A DNA stretch of 64,000 nucleotides from the NCBI GenBank assembly GCA_964252035.1, contig OZ176206.1; one strand, written 5' to 3'. How positions within the stretch are numbered: position 1 is the stretch's first letter; every line of letters starts with the position of its first letter. The notes beneath the pieces are model-generated. The model did no database searches. It saw only the letters and a program-made list of their open reading frames with translations, and was not told the origin of the DNA. The translations under genes and the position numbers were made by a program. This DNA is from Podarcis erhardii (lineage: Eukaryota). Below, in pieces: positions 49,733-62,577 of the stretch.

Positions 49733-52700
49733 CTGCAATTGCATACTGTGAGAGGAAATTTCCACCAACTAGCCATTCCTAAACTTGAAAAGAGAAGAAA
49801 GGAAATATGGACAATCTAATATGAGGGTGGTCCATTCTGACAGAGGATCTGTATTCCAGTTTCGGGGGTGCTGGAGGTTCTCTGCCTTCAAAGTTTTGGG
49901 AGATAGGTCAGTCAAGAAATTGATGGGCAAAACTTTCAGAAGCGGTCCTTTAACCATGGTAATGACACCCAGTAGTTGTCCTGGTTTTTGCATAAAGTTC
50001 TTGGGGAAATATTTTGGCTATGTGGGGAACAAGCCTCTGAAATGCAGATGGTTTTAATGAGGATCCAGATACACCATCCACATTAGAAACAATTTCCAGC
50101 CAGTGGAAACTCACTATGGACTGTTACGGTATATGGAGCAGAGCAGAGTTGCAGTTATGTAAACTGGGGAGAAGGAATCCAAGCAAGAGTCACAGGGACC
50201 ACAGCAGAAAGGAAGAGTCCAGAACGAAGTTCAATGGAGCACCACCCTCCCCGCTCCCTGCCAACAGCCTGTGAGTTTCTGAGGAAAGTACACATCCCTC
50301 AATCTGAAATCTCTGTTGTGCCATGGGAAATTTGTGTTTTCAAAATTATACACACAGTGTGCCTAATTCAAGGAATGTGTTTAGCTGCACCCAAGCAACC
50401 GGCTGTGCGGTTTTATCCCTGACTATGTGGAATACAATTGTTTTTGCTATGCTATGTGGAGCCGGAGGAGTGGCTGGAAACCTGAGGTGGTTGGTGCCTG
50501 CCCTGTTCCTGGCAATTGCGTAAGAATGACACCTGAAAAAGTGGGTGACATATGTGAAAAGATGCCCCTTGAAGTCATCCGAGAGCCTTCCTGTTGTTTG
50601 CTTGGCACCTGGCTGCTCCAAGGCCATGGAGGTGAAGAGGGCAGAGGCCGCTACACAACAGGCCATGCAAGAGGATGAGAATGTGAAGTCACTAACCAAA
50701 CATTGGTGATGAAATTAGCCAATATTGACTTGGCTTCAAAGGAGGGGGGGCGGGAGGGGGGGTGAAAGCTCTCCACAAATGGGAGAAAGTGGTTCCTGCT
50801 GCCTTCCTTTCCCCTCCCTTCCCATTGCACAACGGCTTGCTGCGGAGAGTCTCATAACACAAGTCATGGTAACCTTCCCCACCCATCAAGGCACGGAGTT
50901 CATTGTCCTCCATGGGGGGCCCTGTGCAGATCTTTGGTGCTGGATAGAAATAAGGTCTCTTACTGGTGCAGCTTGACGGCAGATAGAGAAGGGAGTTAAA
51001 TCCAGCTAAAAGAGAGTGAAACCCAAGCACTGCAAAGGGGAGAGAGGAATGGGGGACCACCACCACCCCGCCCTAGTCTATGAAGTGGCATCTCTTGATA
51101 AACAAAAGGCTGGAGTGGCTGCTGTTCGGTCTGCAAGCAGGAACCTCCCTAGAGCCAGTCCTCATGTTTGGGGAGGAAGGAGGCGATGGAGGCAAACCCC
51201 CAGAAAGTGAACGAAACAGCCAGAGGATGCTGTGGTGGCTGAAAGCCTGACGGGGAGGGGGGAATTTCCCAAGGTAGGCCTTGCAAAGAGCCCCTTAGAC
51301 TGCAGCCCATTTGCCCCTTCAAGAGCAGAGAGGCAGCATGAGCCACACCCACTTGCCCAACTTCTGCTTCCTGCAGCAGCATCACCAGGGCCCCTGCCAA
51401 GCTGTAGGTGCCTTCCTGGTAGGCAGAAGGGGAAGGGGAGAGTTTGTGGATGCTGCCGGCTGTGCTGTGTGTAAAAAAAAACTCTGAGGATGGAGGAGAC
51501 TGGATGGAGGATGGAGCCTGGGTAGGAAGGTGCCAGAGAGTCTGCTGCTGGCTTTGCACTTCTGGGGTCGAAGGAAAGGGGAGCATCTGGGATGGGTTAC
51601 TGGAAGAGCTGCTGATGCATTCTGTGTGCATTGCGGGGAATCTTTCTCCCACGGTGCTAAATAGACCCCTCACCATTCTCTGTGCTCTGTCCAGGGATTC
51701 CTCCCCACAAAAGAGGTTTCAGGTGGTGTTGCCCCCATAGCATGCCTGTCGCCCAGCCTTTCTGAGGGGAGCACTTTCTGGAGGCTTCTTGGGCAGCACC
51801 TGTGAGGTCCCAAATGTTTAGCAGTCCTCCCTCCCGCCTGCAGACTGCCAGCCTTACGTAACTCAGGCTATCAGTTGATGGAAAGTTGAACCAAAGGGCT
51901 CCTGTCGACTGAACCTTGCAAGGTGACATGCAGAGTCATTGCTTGCATCAACTGGGAGGGAGGGAGGGAGGGTGCCTTGCCAGGCACATTATGGTGGGGG
52001 AGAAATGTCTCAAGGCCAGCCTCGCTCTGCTGCAGCTACAGCCTGCAGAACTGGGCAGATCTTGGCACCAGCAACGCTTCAGGGCAGGCAATGGGGAAAG
52101 GAGTCACAGAGCCTGACGCTTGAGGGTGAGCCTGATGGCGCCCAAGAATTGGCCTTGAGGGACAGGTGTTGACCTGGCACTGCCAGTCATCCTGTTCTCT
52201 GTCCTCAGTGTTGTTCTGGCTGTGGAAGAGACCTTGTGCCACTTGCAAAGCTGGGAGGGGGGCTCCTTGGCACAGAAACACTATTGGTGCCAGCTAGAGA
52301 AGGCAAAACCTGTAATTATGGGTGCCTTGCAATGCCAGTGACTATACCTTGATCAACTATACTGACTGGTGGGCATTGTTTGCTCATGGGTGCTTTCTGA
52401 GCCAGGCTGTTCAGAAGCTACCAATTTCTTTCTCTTCCTCTAGGCCCGAGGTAGATACACATCCATTAGCTGCTTAAGCTAGCTCTCCACCACTCCTCCA
52501 GCAATGAGATCTGCCTCTTTGCTGGAGATTAATGGGGTCCTCGCCAGGCAGGTACCCTTTGATCTTCAGCTGCTGGGGGTGTGGTGGGGCTGGCTGCCTG
52601 TGGTTGGAGGAGGGCGGTAGGACTGTTGTTGCTATCGGGACACCTCCTCTTCGCTTGCTTGCGTGCGTGGATGTGGGTGGGGGGGAACATTTGGGACTCA

Positions 52701-53119
52701 TTAGTGCTTTGCAACGTGGAGCTGGAGATGATGGGATGAATGCAGCTGATTGCATCAGGCCAAGACTGCCAGGCTAAGCCTTGGACCACTGAGGCACTGA
52801 GGAAATTAACACACCCCTCTCCACTGTGGGCACCCAGCCTCTGCAGGCCCAATATTCTCCAGCAATGAGGGTTGCAATCTGGCTGCCCCTGGTACTGGAG
52901 GGGTGGCATACTCACCTGACCTGACAAGGGCAGTCTGGGAGGGCCCCTACCCCAATTTTGTGCTCGCACTTCACAAACGGGATCAGTGAGCTGTGGGGGT
53001 GTGGATGGCAGTCGAAGGGTTAACATTCAGGCAGTGTTTGCTCCAGATGTTTGGAGCTAGACTATTCCTGAGTTGGTGTGTCTGTGTATCCTGATGGGAG
53101 GGGGGGGAGTGCAGCCCTC

Positions 53120-53352
53120 CCTATCAGCCAATCATTAAAGGACTCCAAGCTGACACCCAGTTCTTGGCTGGGAATCTGCAATGGGGCCCTGTTGTGCTCC
53201 TGCCCGCCTATGCCACATAAAAGGGCCCAGGGAAGGCTCTGATCTCCCCATTCAGCAGCTCCAGAGCAGGCAGAGCAGCCTGCCAGGTTCATCAGAGGTG
53301 CCTCGTTCGCCCACCTTTGCCACCACACAAAGCTGCAGCTGCTGCCACATAG
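53120..53352 (+). promoter_or_regulatory. Probable TAT promoter and non-coding exon 1
   Basis: CCAAT at 53128-32, TATA-like CATAAAA at 53216-22, donor TAG|gtaaga at 53352/53353; TAT has a non-coding first exon in mammals. Confidence 0.7.
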
Positions 53353-54409
53353 GTAAGAGGCTCCTTGAGGTGCCACCTGTAAGCCTGACGGGGTCTGAGC
53401 TGGTGTCCACGGTCCCTGGGATGGAGTCCTCTGCGGGGAACAAGCACCGCATGAAGGGCTGCAACAAAGTGGCTGAGGCAGAATTCGGGTGCTTTTCCTG
53501 GGACACCCCTGACCCAGCATGTACACCCTCCGGAGACCAGGAGTGACCTGAGCAGACACAACAGAGAACCTGGAGGTGGACAATTGCAAAGGGGCTGGCC
53601 TGGCCTCTTGGGCCAGCAGAGGCTCTGGAACAAGGAACCGAGGAATTATGGCGTCTGTGGAGAGTGGTTTTGACATCTGTGTAGTTTGTTCCAAGAGGAG
53701 CCAGGACTTGAGGTGGCTCGGGGCGGAGGGTGCAGGCTGGTTTTATCTTGGGAGGCAGGTGGCACCACACCTGCAATCAAATTTACTGCCATATTATGAT
53801 TATTGTCTTATTCTGGGAGTACAGAGAGGAAATGACTTTTCAGCCAGTGTGAAGAGGTTCCTTGGGCTTTTGCAGCTGGCACAGACTCCCTAGTTGTGCC
53901 CCTGGCTCTCATGTGCCCTTCTTGCCCAGGGAGCCACGAGCTGCCTCTCACTCACCTTGCTGCTTCCTTTGCCACATCCCACCAGCTTTGCCTTCTCAGC
54001 TCTCTCCAGCTGTGCCAGATTCTTTGGGGCGAGACAGGGGGACAGAGGGGGGGAAGGGGGCAATGCAAGTCATAATCCTCCCTAGGCAAGTGCAGGGCCC
54101 CTTCCCTTCTTTCTCTCCTGGTCCAATGTTTGCTGGGTTTTCCCTCAGTGTTTTACAACAACAGTGGCTGACTCAGCCCTTGGATTTTGCCCATAACATC
54201 CCTTGGTGGTGATACTCAGGTTCTGGTGACACTGTTTGGGCTTCTCAAATGGCATTTGAAATTCCTGACAAATTATTCCCTTTTGTTCTTAAATCCGTTT
54301 CTATAATTAATCAATTTGACTTTTAAAAAAATACCGTAATCATGGCTTAAAGACAAACAGCCTAAGACACTTTACAAGATTTTTCATAGTAGACCAAAAT
54401 TCATTTATA

Positions 54410-54570
54410 CAGTGGTACCTCAGGTTAAGTACTTAATTCGTTCCGGAGGTCCGTTCTTAACCTAAAACTGTTCTTAACCTGAAGCACTACTTTAGCTAAT
54501 GGGGCCTCCTGCTGCCGCCGCACCGCCAGAGCATGATTTCTGTTCTTATCTTATCTTATCTTATCTTATC
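54410..54570 (+). mobile_element. Left half of a Tc1/mariner MITE ending in (TTATC)n
   Basis: TA|cagtggtacctcaggttaag... with no right TIR; followed by SINE-core-like sequence at 54571-54650. Confidence 0.75.
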
Positions 54571-55022
54571 GCACTCATCCTAGCAGCAACCCTGAAAGGT
54601 AGGTCGGGAGAGAATGGCTTCCCTGAGGTCACCCAGTGAGTTTATACTGGAGATGAACTCCAAAGTGAAGAATGGGGGTGTCCTCCCACCTCCAGCACTT
54701 AGGCACAACTAGATAAGTATGTTTTGAAAGAGAACTCGGTCAAAGCCTGCCCAACACACACAGTGGTGTCTTGTCATTCATATGCCAAGTACATACTGTC
54801 CCTACCACTGTGGGAAGGAGGGCACAGAGGGAAAACACATTTCCCTCATCCAAGTTGGCCTCTGGCCCAACTGCAGTTCTTGCCCCACTCCTCGCACATC
54901 TCCACCCCCTTTTACCGGCTTCCCTGCTGTGAGGCTTGATCAGGGTCCTGCTAGGGGGATGTGGCAGCTGACTTGGCTCCTCCTGAACTAAGAGCTGCCT
55001 GCTCAGGACTGGTGCTTCCACC

Positions 55023-55151
55023 TATGGGTGTAGCCAGGATTTTTGTTGGGGAGGGGCAGAATTGACATGATTGGTCAGTTAAGTATTTCTATTGTTTTAC
55101 TTGATCTGGGGGGGCAGCTCCCCCCACCGTCGCTCCTTGGCTGCACCCATG
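55023..55151. mobile_element. Small hAT-like MITE in TAT intron 1
   Basis: TIRs tatgggtgtagccagg / ccttggctgcacccatg; near-TSD cttccacc / tctccacc. Confidence 0.75.
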
Positions 55152-55262
55152 TCTCCACCCAATTCTGCCATGGCAGTGGCCTTGAGCAGACAGCAGCCTT
55201 GAAGAGAGGATTGTGTAATCAGGGATGCTGGCCCACCTGCTCTTTACACTTCCTTTCCAGAG

Positions 55263-58200
55263 ATGGAATCCTACCTGATCCACGTGAATGGCAAGATGTC
55301 CCCACCCTCCATCCTTGATGTCCACGTCAGCCTCAATGGTGGGAAGGGCCCTTCTCTTGGCAAGGGGAAAAACCGCAAGGCCCACTGGGCCGTCAGGGCT
55401 TCCGAAATGTCCAAGAGGACCTTCAACCCCATCCGAGCCATTGTGGACAGCATGAAGGTGGAGCCCAACCACCAGAAGCCCCTGATCTCTCTGTCCATAG
55501 GTAAGCAGGTGGGCTATTGAGGGACCATGAGGTGGGGGCTCCTGCCAATGCCCCACCCTCAACTGACATGGATTCCCCTCATGTTTCCCCACAGGGGACC
55601 CAACTGTGTTTGGGAACCTCCCAACAGATGATGAGGTCATCCAAGCGATGAAGGAGGCCCTGGATTCTGGGCAGTATAATGGCTATGCCCCCTCAGTAGG
55701 TAAGTCCTGGGAGATGCTTTCAATGTATGCAGCCCCTATTTTGCTTTTGCTGTAAAAGTCTAACATGCCAACTCTTCTGGGAATCCTCTGCACAGGTTAC
55801 TTGTCTTGCCGGGAGGTGGTCGCAGGCTACTACACCTGTCCAGAAGCCCCCTTGGAAGCCCAGGTAACTGACCCTGACTGCTGCATGCATTGCCATCTGA
55901 CCTCGATGCTTGATGGGGATGTTGCGAAAATTAGCTTTTGCAAACCCTGGCCAGGACCTCCGCAACTCACTGTACTGGAACTGGAGCTTGCTCAGAAAGG
56001 ATCCTGGGCCTGGAATCTTTATTAGGAACCCAGGAAGCTGCTTTATACTGAGTCAGACAACTGGTCCACCTAGCTTGGTATTATCCACACTGACTGGCAA
56101 CATCGTCTCTCATGGGTTTCAGGCAGGGAGTCTCTCCCAGACTAAGTTGACGCCATTGGGGATTTAACCTGGGACCTTCTGTATGCCAGCAGGGACCCCC
56201 ACTTCATTCCAGGCTCCTGGCCAGGAATTTCCAGAAAGAGCCAGTGAAGAAACCTTTCCCTCCCACCTCCCTCCCCTTCTGTGCTTCTTCTGGGCTAGTC
56301 TTTCCTGGTAGTTGCTACCCGCCAAGCTCACGGCTGCCTGCTCTGCTCCCTCTTCCTTTGCAGGACGTGATCCTGACAAGCGGCTGCAGTCAGGCCATTG
56401 AGCTGGCCCTGGCTGTGTTGGCCAACCCTGGGCAGAACATCCTGGTGCCACGGCCTGGTTTCTCCCTCTACAAAACCCTGGCTCAGTCCCTGGGCATCGA
56501 GGTCAAATTCTACGACCTCTTGGTAAGCTGGGGCAGGAGGTGGCGCAGCATACCCTCCCCACTGCCTGCAGAGAGGCATGGCACAAGCAGGAAGACATGC
56601 AGGAGCTCCCTTGCAGGGCTCTGCCTGCCTCTCCACAGAGCTCAGCTGTAAAGAAGGGCTGCCTGTTGACCCGGGTTCAAGGCCTGGGGACCTGTTCTCC
56701 ATCTCCCCTTCTTTGGACTGGGCCCAAACCCAGGCTGGGAGGTTTTGCAGGGTTCTTGGAAGAGAAAAGGGAGGTCAGTATCCTGACCAGTTGACAGTTG
56801 CTCCAACCGCCATCCCTTTTCACCTGCCCAGGACCTCCGGCCCACCCTGACCCCAGCAGGAAGCCTGGTCCATGGGCACCAGGCTGAGGTCCTGAGGTGG
56901 GGGCATTCCTCACCTCTTCCTCCCTTTTCTTCTCCCTGCAGCCAGAGAAATCGTGGGAAATTGACCTGAAGCAAATGGAGTCGCTGGTGGATGACAAGAC
57001 AGCTTGCTTGATTGTGAACAACCCATCTAACCCCTGTGGCTCCGTTTTCAGCAAAAGCCACCTCCAGAAGATCCTGGCAGGTGAGGATCCCCCACCGTGT
57101 GTGTGTGTGTGTGTGTGTGTGTGTTTCTATCCCAGGCCTTGCTCTGGGGAAGAAAGAAGGAAACAGAGTCAGGGGGCTGACTAGATTTCTCTCTGTCTGT
57201 CTCTCTTAGTTGCCTCCAGGCAGTGTGTCCCCATCTTGGCCGATGAGATCTACGCTGACATGGTGAGTGAGGCAGAAGCACCCCTGGTCCCTCGGAAGGC
57301 CAAGCACAGCAGCTGGAACCCTTCTTCCCAGGAGAAGCCCCCTCCCACCTTCTGACACATGGCTGGGAAAGCAGGGAGTGGGGTGGGTCTGCCTGAGGTG
57401 GCTTGGTCTTCTCCCCAATCACAGCCAGCTGCACTAGCATCCCCCTTACCTGCTTCACACACCCATTAGGTGTTTCCATCACTACTTACTCTGGTATTCC
57501 TCCTTCTGCACTCCCTCCCCCCCCCCCACTAGGTGTTTGAAGACTGCAAATACGAGTCCCTTGCAAAGCTCAGCACCAACGTGCCTATCCTCTCATGTGG
57601 AGGCCTCGCCAAGCGGTGGCTGGTGCCTGGCTGGAGAATGGGCTGGATTCTCATACATGATCGCAGGGAGATCTTTGGGAAGGAGGTAAGTTAGCAGAAC
57701 TCGGTGCTGCCCTGACTTTCTGCACCCGGTCCAGGAGCTGGTGTGATGGAGGAAAAGAGTTCATGCCCCTCACCACTTCACAGCCACCCTCTGAGCCTGA
57801 TTCATGTAGACTTTGTGCCCCAAGGCCCACTGTCTGTGCTAGGATGTCAAGGAGGCAGTGTCCCCTGCCTCCTGGGTCTGGTCAGTGAAAGACTGCCCAA
57901 GATGCCCCCTACTCCAAATGGGCTCTGAACAGGAACAAGTTGGTTTGAGTAGCAGCTGCTTCTGGAGAGGGCCAGGAGATCCCTCCCCCACTTCCTGTGC
58001 CCTCTACACTGGTGTGAGTTCTGCACAGGTTCCCTCCATTGTACCCATGGTAGGATGCAGATTCTCTTTCCCACCTTCCCAGCTCTGCCTTTGGTTTGGG
58101 GGCACACTGAGCCACAAGAGGGCTCTTGGTGTGACTGCGGAACAGGTTGGGCGATTTCACTCTCTTAGATCAACTTGGGGATCAGGTAGTGCCCCTCCCT

Positions 58201-60749
58201 ACTGAGCTCTCTCTCTCCCCTGTGCATCTTTCAGATCAGAGATGGCCTCCTGAGGCTGAGCCAGAGGATCCTGGGCCCCTGCACAGTTGTCCAGGGAGCT
58301 CTCAGCCGCATCCTTCGCCAGACATCCCCGGAATTCTACCACAACACCCTCAGCTTTCTCAAGGTACATCCCTTCTCTTTGAAAGGAAAGGGAGAAAAGA
58401 AATAGGAACAACACACGCATAAGTAAAAGCAGGACTAGACCAAAAGAGCTATTGAAAACAGAGTGCTCAAGCTTCACAAAGCCCCTCTTGCTTATCTCTC
58501 CCAACTCCTTGGAGGGCAACAGGGATGCTCCCCAGCCCATAAACACCACTTGGGTGGTGGGAGTGGACAATGTGACTCCTCTCACCCTGGGGAGCTGCAC
58601 TGGCCTGGAGGGGGCAAGGAGGTGCTCAGCACAGCACCCACAGCCCCTCCCTGTTTTGCCCTTTGGAACTGATTGGTTCATTTAATAATCCAGCTTGGCA
58701 TGAATTGGTCAGTGAAACTGTTGCAGTTAAAATAATGTGCATATTAATGAAATCTCTGCATAGATTCCTTTTTGAGATTCCATTGATATGCTAGTTCGGA
58801 AGGATGGACCTCAGCTCAATGGTAGAGCAATCTGCTTTGCACGCAGAAAGTCTGAGGTTCTACATCTCCAGGCAGAGCTTGATGAGACTCTCTCTCTAAA
58901 ACCCTGCAGGGCTGCTGCCTGTCAGTGCAGGCAATACTGAGCTGGATGGGCCAATGTTACAAGGCAGTTTCCTATGCTCCTGTGAATGTTAGGCATCCCT
59001 ATTTTATATTTATCCAATGCAGTAATATATACTATTCCCCACCACAGAGCACATCAGAGCCAAACACTGTGTCAAAAGCTTTGCTCTTTTCAGCACTGGG
59101 AAGACCCAATATTCATGGCAGTGAGCATGGAAAGAAATGACAGCTGCGGGATGGGGGGGCACTCTGGAATGCACACACCAGGAGCACTGGGAAAATAACA
59201 CAGTGCAAGTGTGGACACAGCTGGCAAGCAGGTCACTTTTTTGTGGTCCCATCAGTTCCCCGGGTGGGCAGGTTTTAATTCATCAACAATGTGCCCTTTT
59301 AAGCCTTTATCCATGGTGAACGTGTTGGGTGGTCCCAGTGGGGACCCTGGGATGCTTGTGCCTGCAATCTGACCTGACTCCTCCTCCTTCCCTTTGCAGT
59401 CCAATGCTGACCTCTGCTATGATGCCCTTTCCACTGTCTGCGGCTTGCAGCCTGTCCGGCCGTCGGGGGCCATGTACCTCATGGTGAGTGGCTCCCTGTC
59501 ACTTGCAGAGCTTTGACCCTGAGATGGGCAAATGCCAGGCAGATCATCCCTAACTCTGTGTTTCCTCCTCTTCCTTGCTGCAGGTGGGCATTCAGATGGA
59601 ACACTTTCCAGAGTTTGAGAATGATGTGGAGTTCACAGAGAGGCTCATTGCTGAGCAATCCGTCTTCTGTCTGCCGGCCACGGTGAGCATCTTTATTCGC
59701 AAGAGAGTTATGGGAGGCCCTGGGAGTTACTGGAGCCCCGGGAGCTGTACTTGGCAGAGAAGAGGTACTCGGCTCGGCTCCACTTTCCTTGGGCCTCTGC
59801 TGCTCAGCTGGCCCCCACCTGCCTTTCCTCTCCTTTAGCTAGTCTTTCTTCTAGATGCTTGTGATTCGCAAGGCACTCCCACCATGCATGGCATGAGGGG
59901 ACATTGCTTGCATTTCACAATCTCAGTGCCAGCTGGCTCAGTGCCCACACCCCTGGCTGCTGAACAATGGCACCTTGTGAAGTGCCGTGAGGCTCCCTTC
60001 CCCAGATCCCCAGCCGCTTGCTCCCTCCTGCTACATGGGCCTTGGAGAATGGCCATTGCACTTGCTGGCAGCACCATTCCTTGAGACAAGCCTGCTGGAT
60101 CAGGCCAATGGCCCATCTGGTCCTGCATCCTGTTCTCACAGTGGCTGACCAGAAGTCTGTGAGAAACTGGCAAGCTGGTTTCTCAGCACTCCTTGTGTGG
60201 AACAACAAGCAAGGCAGAGACCCTCCACAGGTGCTGTCACCACGTTGCTTGCCCTTGGTCGACTCTACACCGACTAGCAGCAGCTCTCCCAAATCTCGCT
60301 TGGAGAGAGTGTCCCTTTGCCCAGACTGTTCCATTGGGAAAGGCAGGGAGATCAGCCAGGAATATTCTGCATGCAAAGCAGGAGGTGTTGACCCTCCCCT
60401 TAACATGCCCACCCCAAACTCCTTCACATTTATCCTACCCGGTCTTGGTGTCAGAGTCTGGTGTGTGCAGGATTTCCAAGGCACCAGAGATGGTCCTTCG
60501 AGGCTCTCTCGCCACTCCTTAGGGAGTCAGCCTCGTAAAGGATCCACATGGTGGCTCCTGGCCCCTGATGCCATCTCAACGGTCCTCTTCTGCTTCCTCT
60601 GACAGTGCTTTGAGTACCCCAACTTCTTCCGTGTGGTGATCACAGTGCCCGAGGAGATGATGGTGGAGGCCTGTCGGCGCATTCAGCAATTCTGCGAGAG
60701 GCACTACGAAGGCGGCGAAGGATCCCAGGACCTGGAATGTGACAAGTAG
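55263..60749 (+). CDS. TAT: Tyrosine aminotransferase, 456 aa
   Basis: Exons 55263-55500, 55595-55699, 55796-55863, 56364-56522, 56942-57080, 57210-57262, 57533-57685, 58235-58363, 59400-59483, 59584-59682, 60606-60749 (1371 nt, all GT-AG). Motifs [39 protein letters not shown] lysine in [14 protein letters not shown]-terminus DLECDK. Confidence 0.98.
56020..56200 (-). mobile_element. tRNA-SINE (L2-like tail family), reverse orientation
   Basis: aggaagctgctttatactgagtcagac..ctggtccacctagctt...aacctgggaccttctg is the reverse complement of the family seen at 16700 and 58800. Confidence 0.7.
57096..57124. repeat. (TG)n microsatellite
   Basis: Direct reading. Confidence 0.97.
58800..58980 (+). 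mobile_element. tRNA-SINE (L2-like tail family)
   Basis: gctcaatggtagagc A box; tail gcaatactgagctggatgggccaatg...aaggcagtttcctatg. Confidence 0.75.
60080..60180 (-). mobile_element. CR1 LINE 3' fragment
   Basis: gcctgctggatcaggccaatggcccatctggtcctgcatcctgttctcacagtggc. Confidence 0.75.
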
Positions 60750-61235
60750 CTGAGGGTCCCTGCCTGCCCGCCTGCCCTCCTGCCTGCCTGCCTGCCTGCC
60801 TCCACTCCTCCTGCAGGGAGTTGGGCTCACAGGGCCTGTGCCTCGCCAGCCCCTGTCCACTGGCTCAACACCACTTCTGTGTGCCACAGCCTCTGAAGCC
60901 CCCGCACAACCATGACACTTGCCTGGAAGTAGATCCCCACAGAGACACTCCTCCCCTGCAGGCCCCCTCCTGCCTGTGCCCAGGGCAGCCAAAGAACTCC
61001 AGCAGGCGCTGCTGGCACTGGGTGCTCCTGGCAGCCTCTGCAGTGGTGTGGTGTTGCTGGAGCCTCCCGGATGCCCTTGAGAAAGACCTGCCAGCCCTCC
61101 CAACCTGTTGTTCTGCAGAGACCGTGCTGAGTCCTGGGCTGGCACAGGCCACCGTGGGCACCCGTCTCCCCCTTTCCCCCACCCATGTCCTCCTGTGCCT
61201 GTTTGACATTCATAAGTTATTATACCTTTTGTATG

Positions 61236-61241
61236 AATAAA
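61236..61241 (+). terminator. Poly(A) signal of TAT
   Basis: AATAAA about 490 nt after the stop, with GU-rich downstream sequence. Confidence 0.65.
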
Positions 61242-62241
61242 TGCATGAAAAATACCTGGCCTTGTGACAAGATCTGGCTTTCTTTCCTCTGTGTGTCAAA
61301 CTCCCTTCCAGCAGCAGCAGCCGCAAAGCAAAGGCCAGGGGAAGACTCAGGGAGGCCTGGGCACTGCAGGAGTTCTTGGGACTCCTGACCTGATATGGAG
61401 TCCCAGCAGGAGTGACACCTGCTTCTCGCTTTTCCATTTCGGCCAAGGGCAGTGTAGAAGGAAGAAGGGAGGAAGTCCCAGAGACATACCCATCTCCTCT
61501 TCTGAGTGTCCTTCACACCTTCAGACCTATAATCTGCAATGTAGTTTAATAATAATTTCCTCTTCCAAAGAAAACTCTGAGAACTGTGGCTCTGTGAAGG
61601 GAATAGGTGTCATCTAGCAGAGGTGGAGGAAGGGGGGTGGTGCGCCCCAGGTGTCACCACTGAGGGGGGCGGGGCGTGACAAAATGCCAGGCAGCACTCA
61701 CCGCAGGGCCTGCAGTGCGCCTGAGCCATGCGTCTCTCCTGAGAAAATGCCCCAAATGGTCCGCCAGCTGCCTCCCCCTCAGCTGTAGGGCAGCAGAGTG
61801 GGAGGAGGCAGGCAGACTCCTCGGAGGCCCCGCAAAGCATCCTGCCCCAGGCGCCTGATTGGCTTGCTTCGCTGCTGTACCTAACAAGTCTCAATACCCT
61901 TAACAAACTAGATTGTTTCCTGGAAACCACGACTGTTTAAATTGGCATGATACTACTTTTAATGTATAGGAGCAGATGAGAAGTATAGTGTACAACAAGA
62001 TATACCAGCACTGAGCAGTAAAAATAAACAAAGGTAGTGCCAGAAAGGCAAATAAAAAGTCATTCACCAGGTGTCAAGAGTTTCCTGAGGGAGAGCAGTC
62101 CCATTTCAGGGGTCCAAACATCCTGAAAGGTCCTTTCCTGGCCATCTGTACTTCACTCCAAAATGAGGTGCTTTGGGGCAGCACAGTTGTTAGTAGCCCT
62201 TTACTGCAGTAGTATTAGCCCTGCCTGCAGTAGTATTAGCC

Positions 62242-62577
62242 CTGTGGGTTAAACCACAGAGCCTAGGACTTGCCGATCAGAAGGTCGGCAGTTCAAATCC
62301 CCGCAATGGGGTGAGCTCCCGTTTCTCAGTCCCTGCTCCTGCCCACCTAGCAGTTCGAAAGCACGTCAAAGTGCAAGTAGATAAACAGGTACCACTCCAG
62401 CAGGAAGGTAAATGGCGTTTCCGTGTGCTGCTCTGGTTCGCCGGAAGCGGCTTAGTCATGCTGGCCCCATGCCCCAGGAGCTGTACGCCGGCTCCCTCGG
62501 CCAATAAAGTGAGATGAGCACCTCAGCCCCAGAGTCGGTCACGACTGGACCTAATGGTCAGGGGTCCCTTTACCTTT
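62242..62577 (+). mobile_element. Sauria SINE (slightly 5'-truncated)
   Basis: gtgggttaaaccacagagcctagg...gatcagaaggtcggcagttcaaatccccgc...ggtcaggggtccctttaccttt (ACCTTT tail); TSD attagccctg. Confidence 0.95.

Noticed and set aside
50000-53100. Possible GRE/HNF4/CRE enhancers upstream of TAT
   Set aside because: Only half-sites or weak matches (for example TGTTCT near 52195 and 52212); not supportable from sequence alone.
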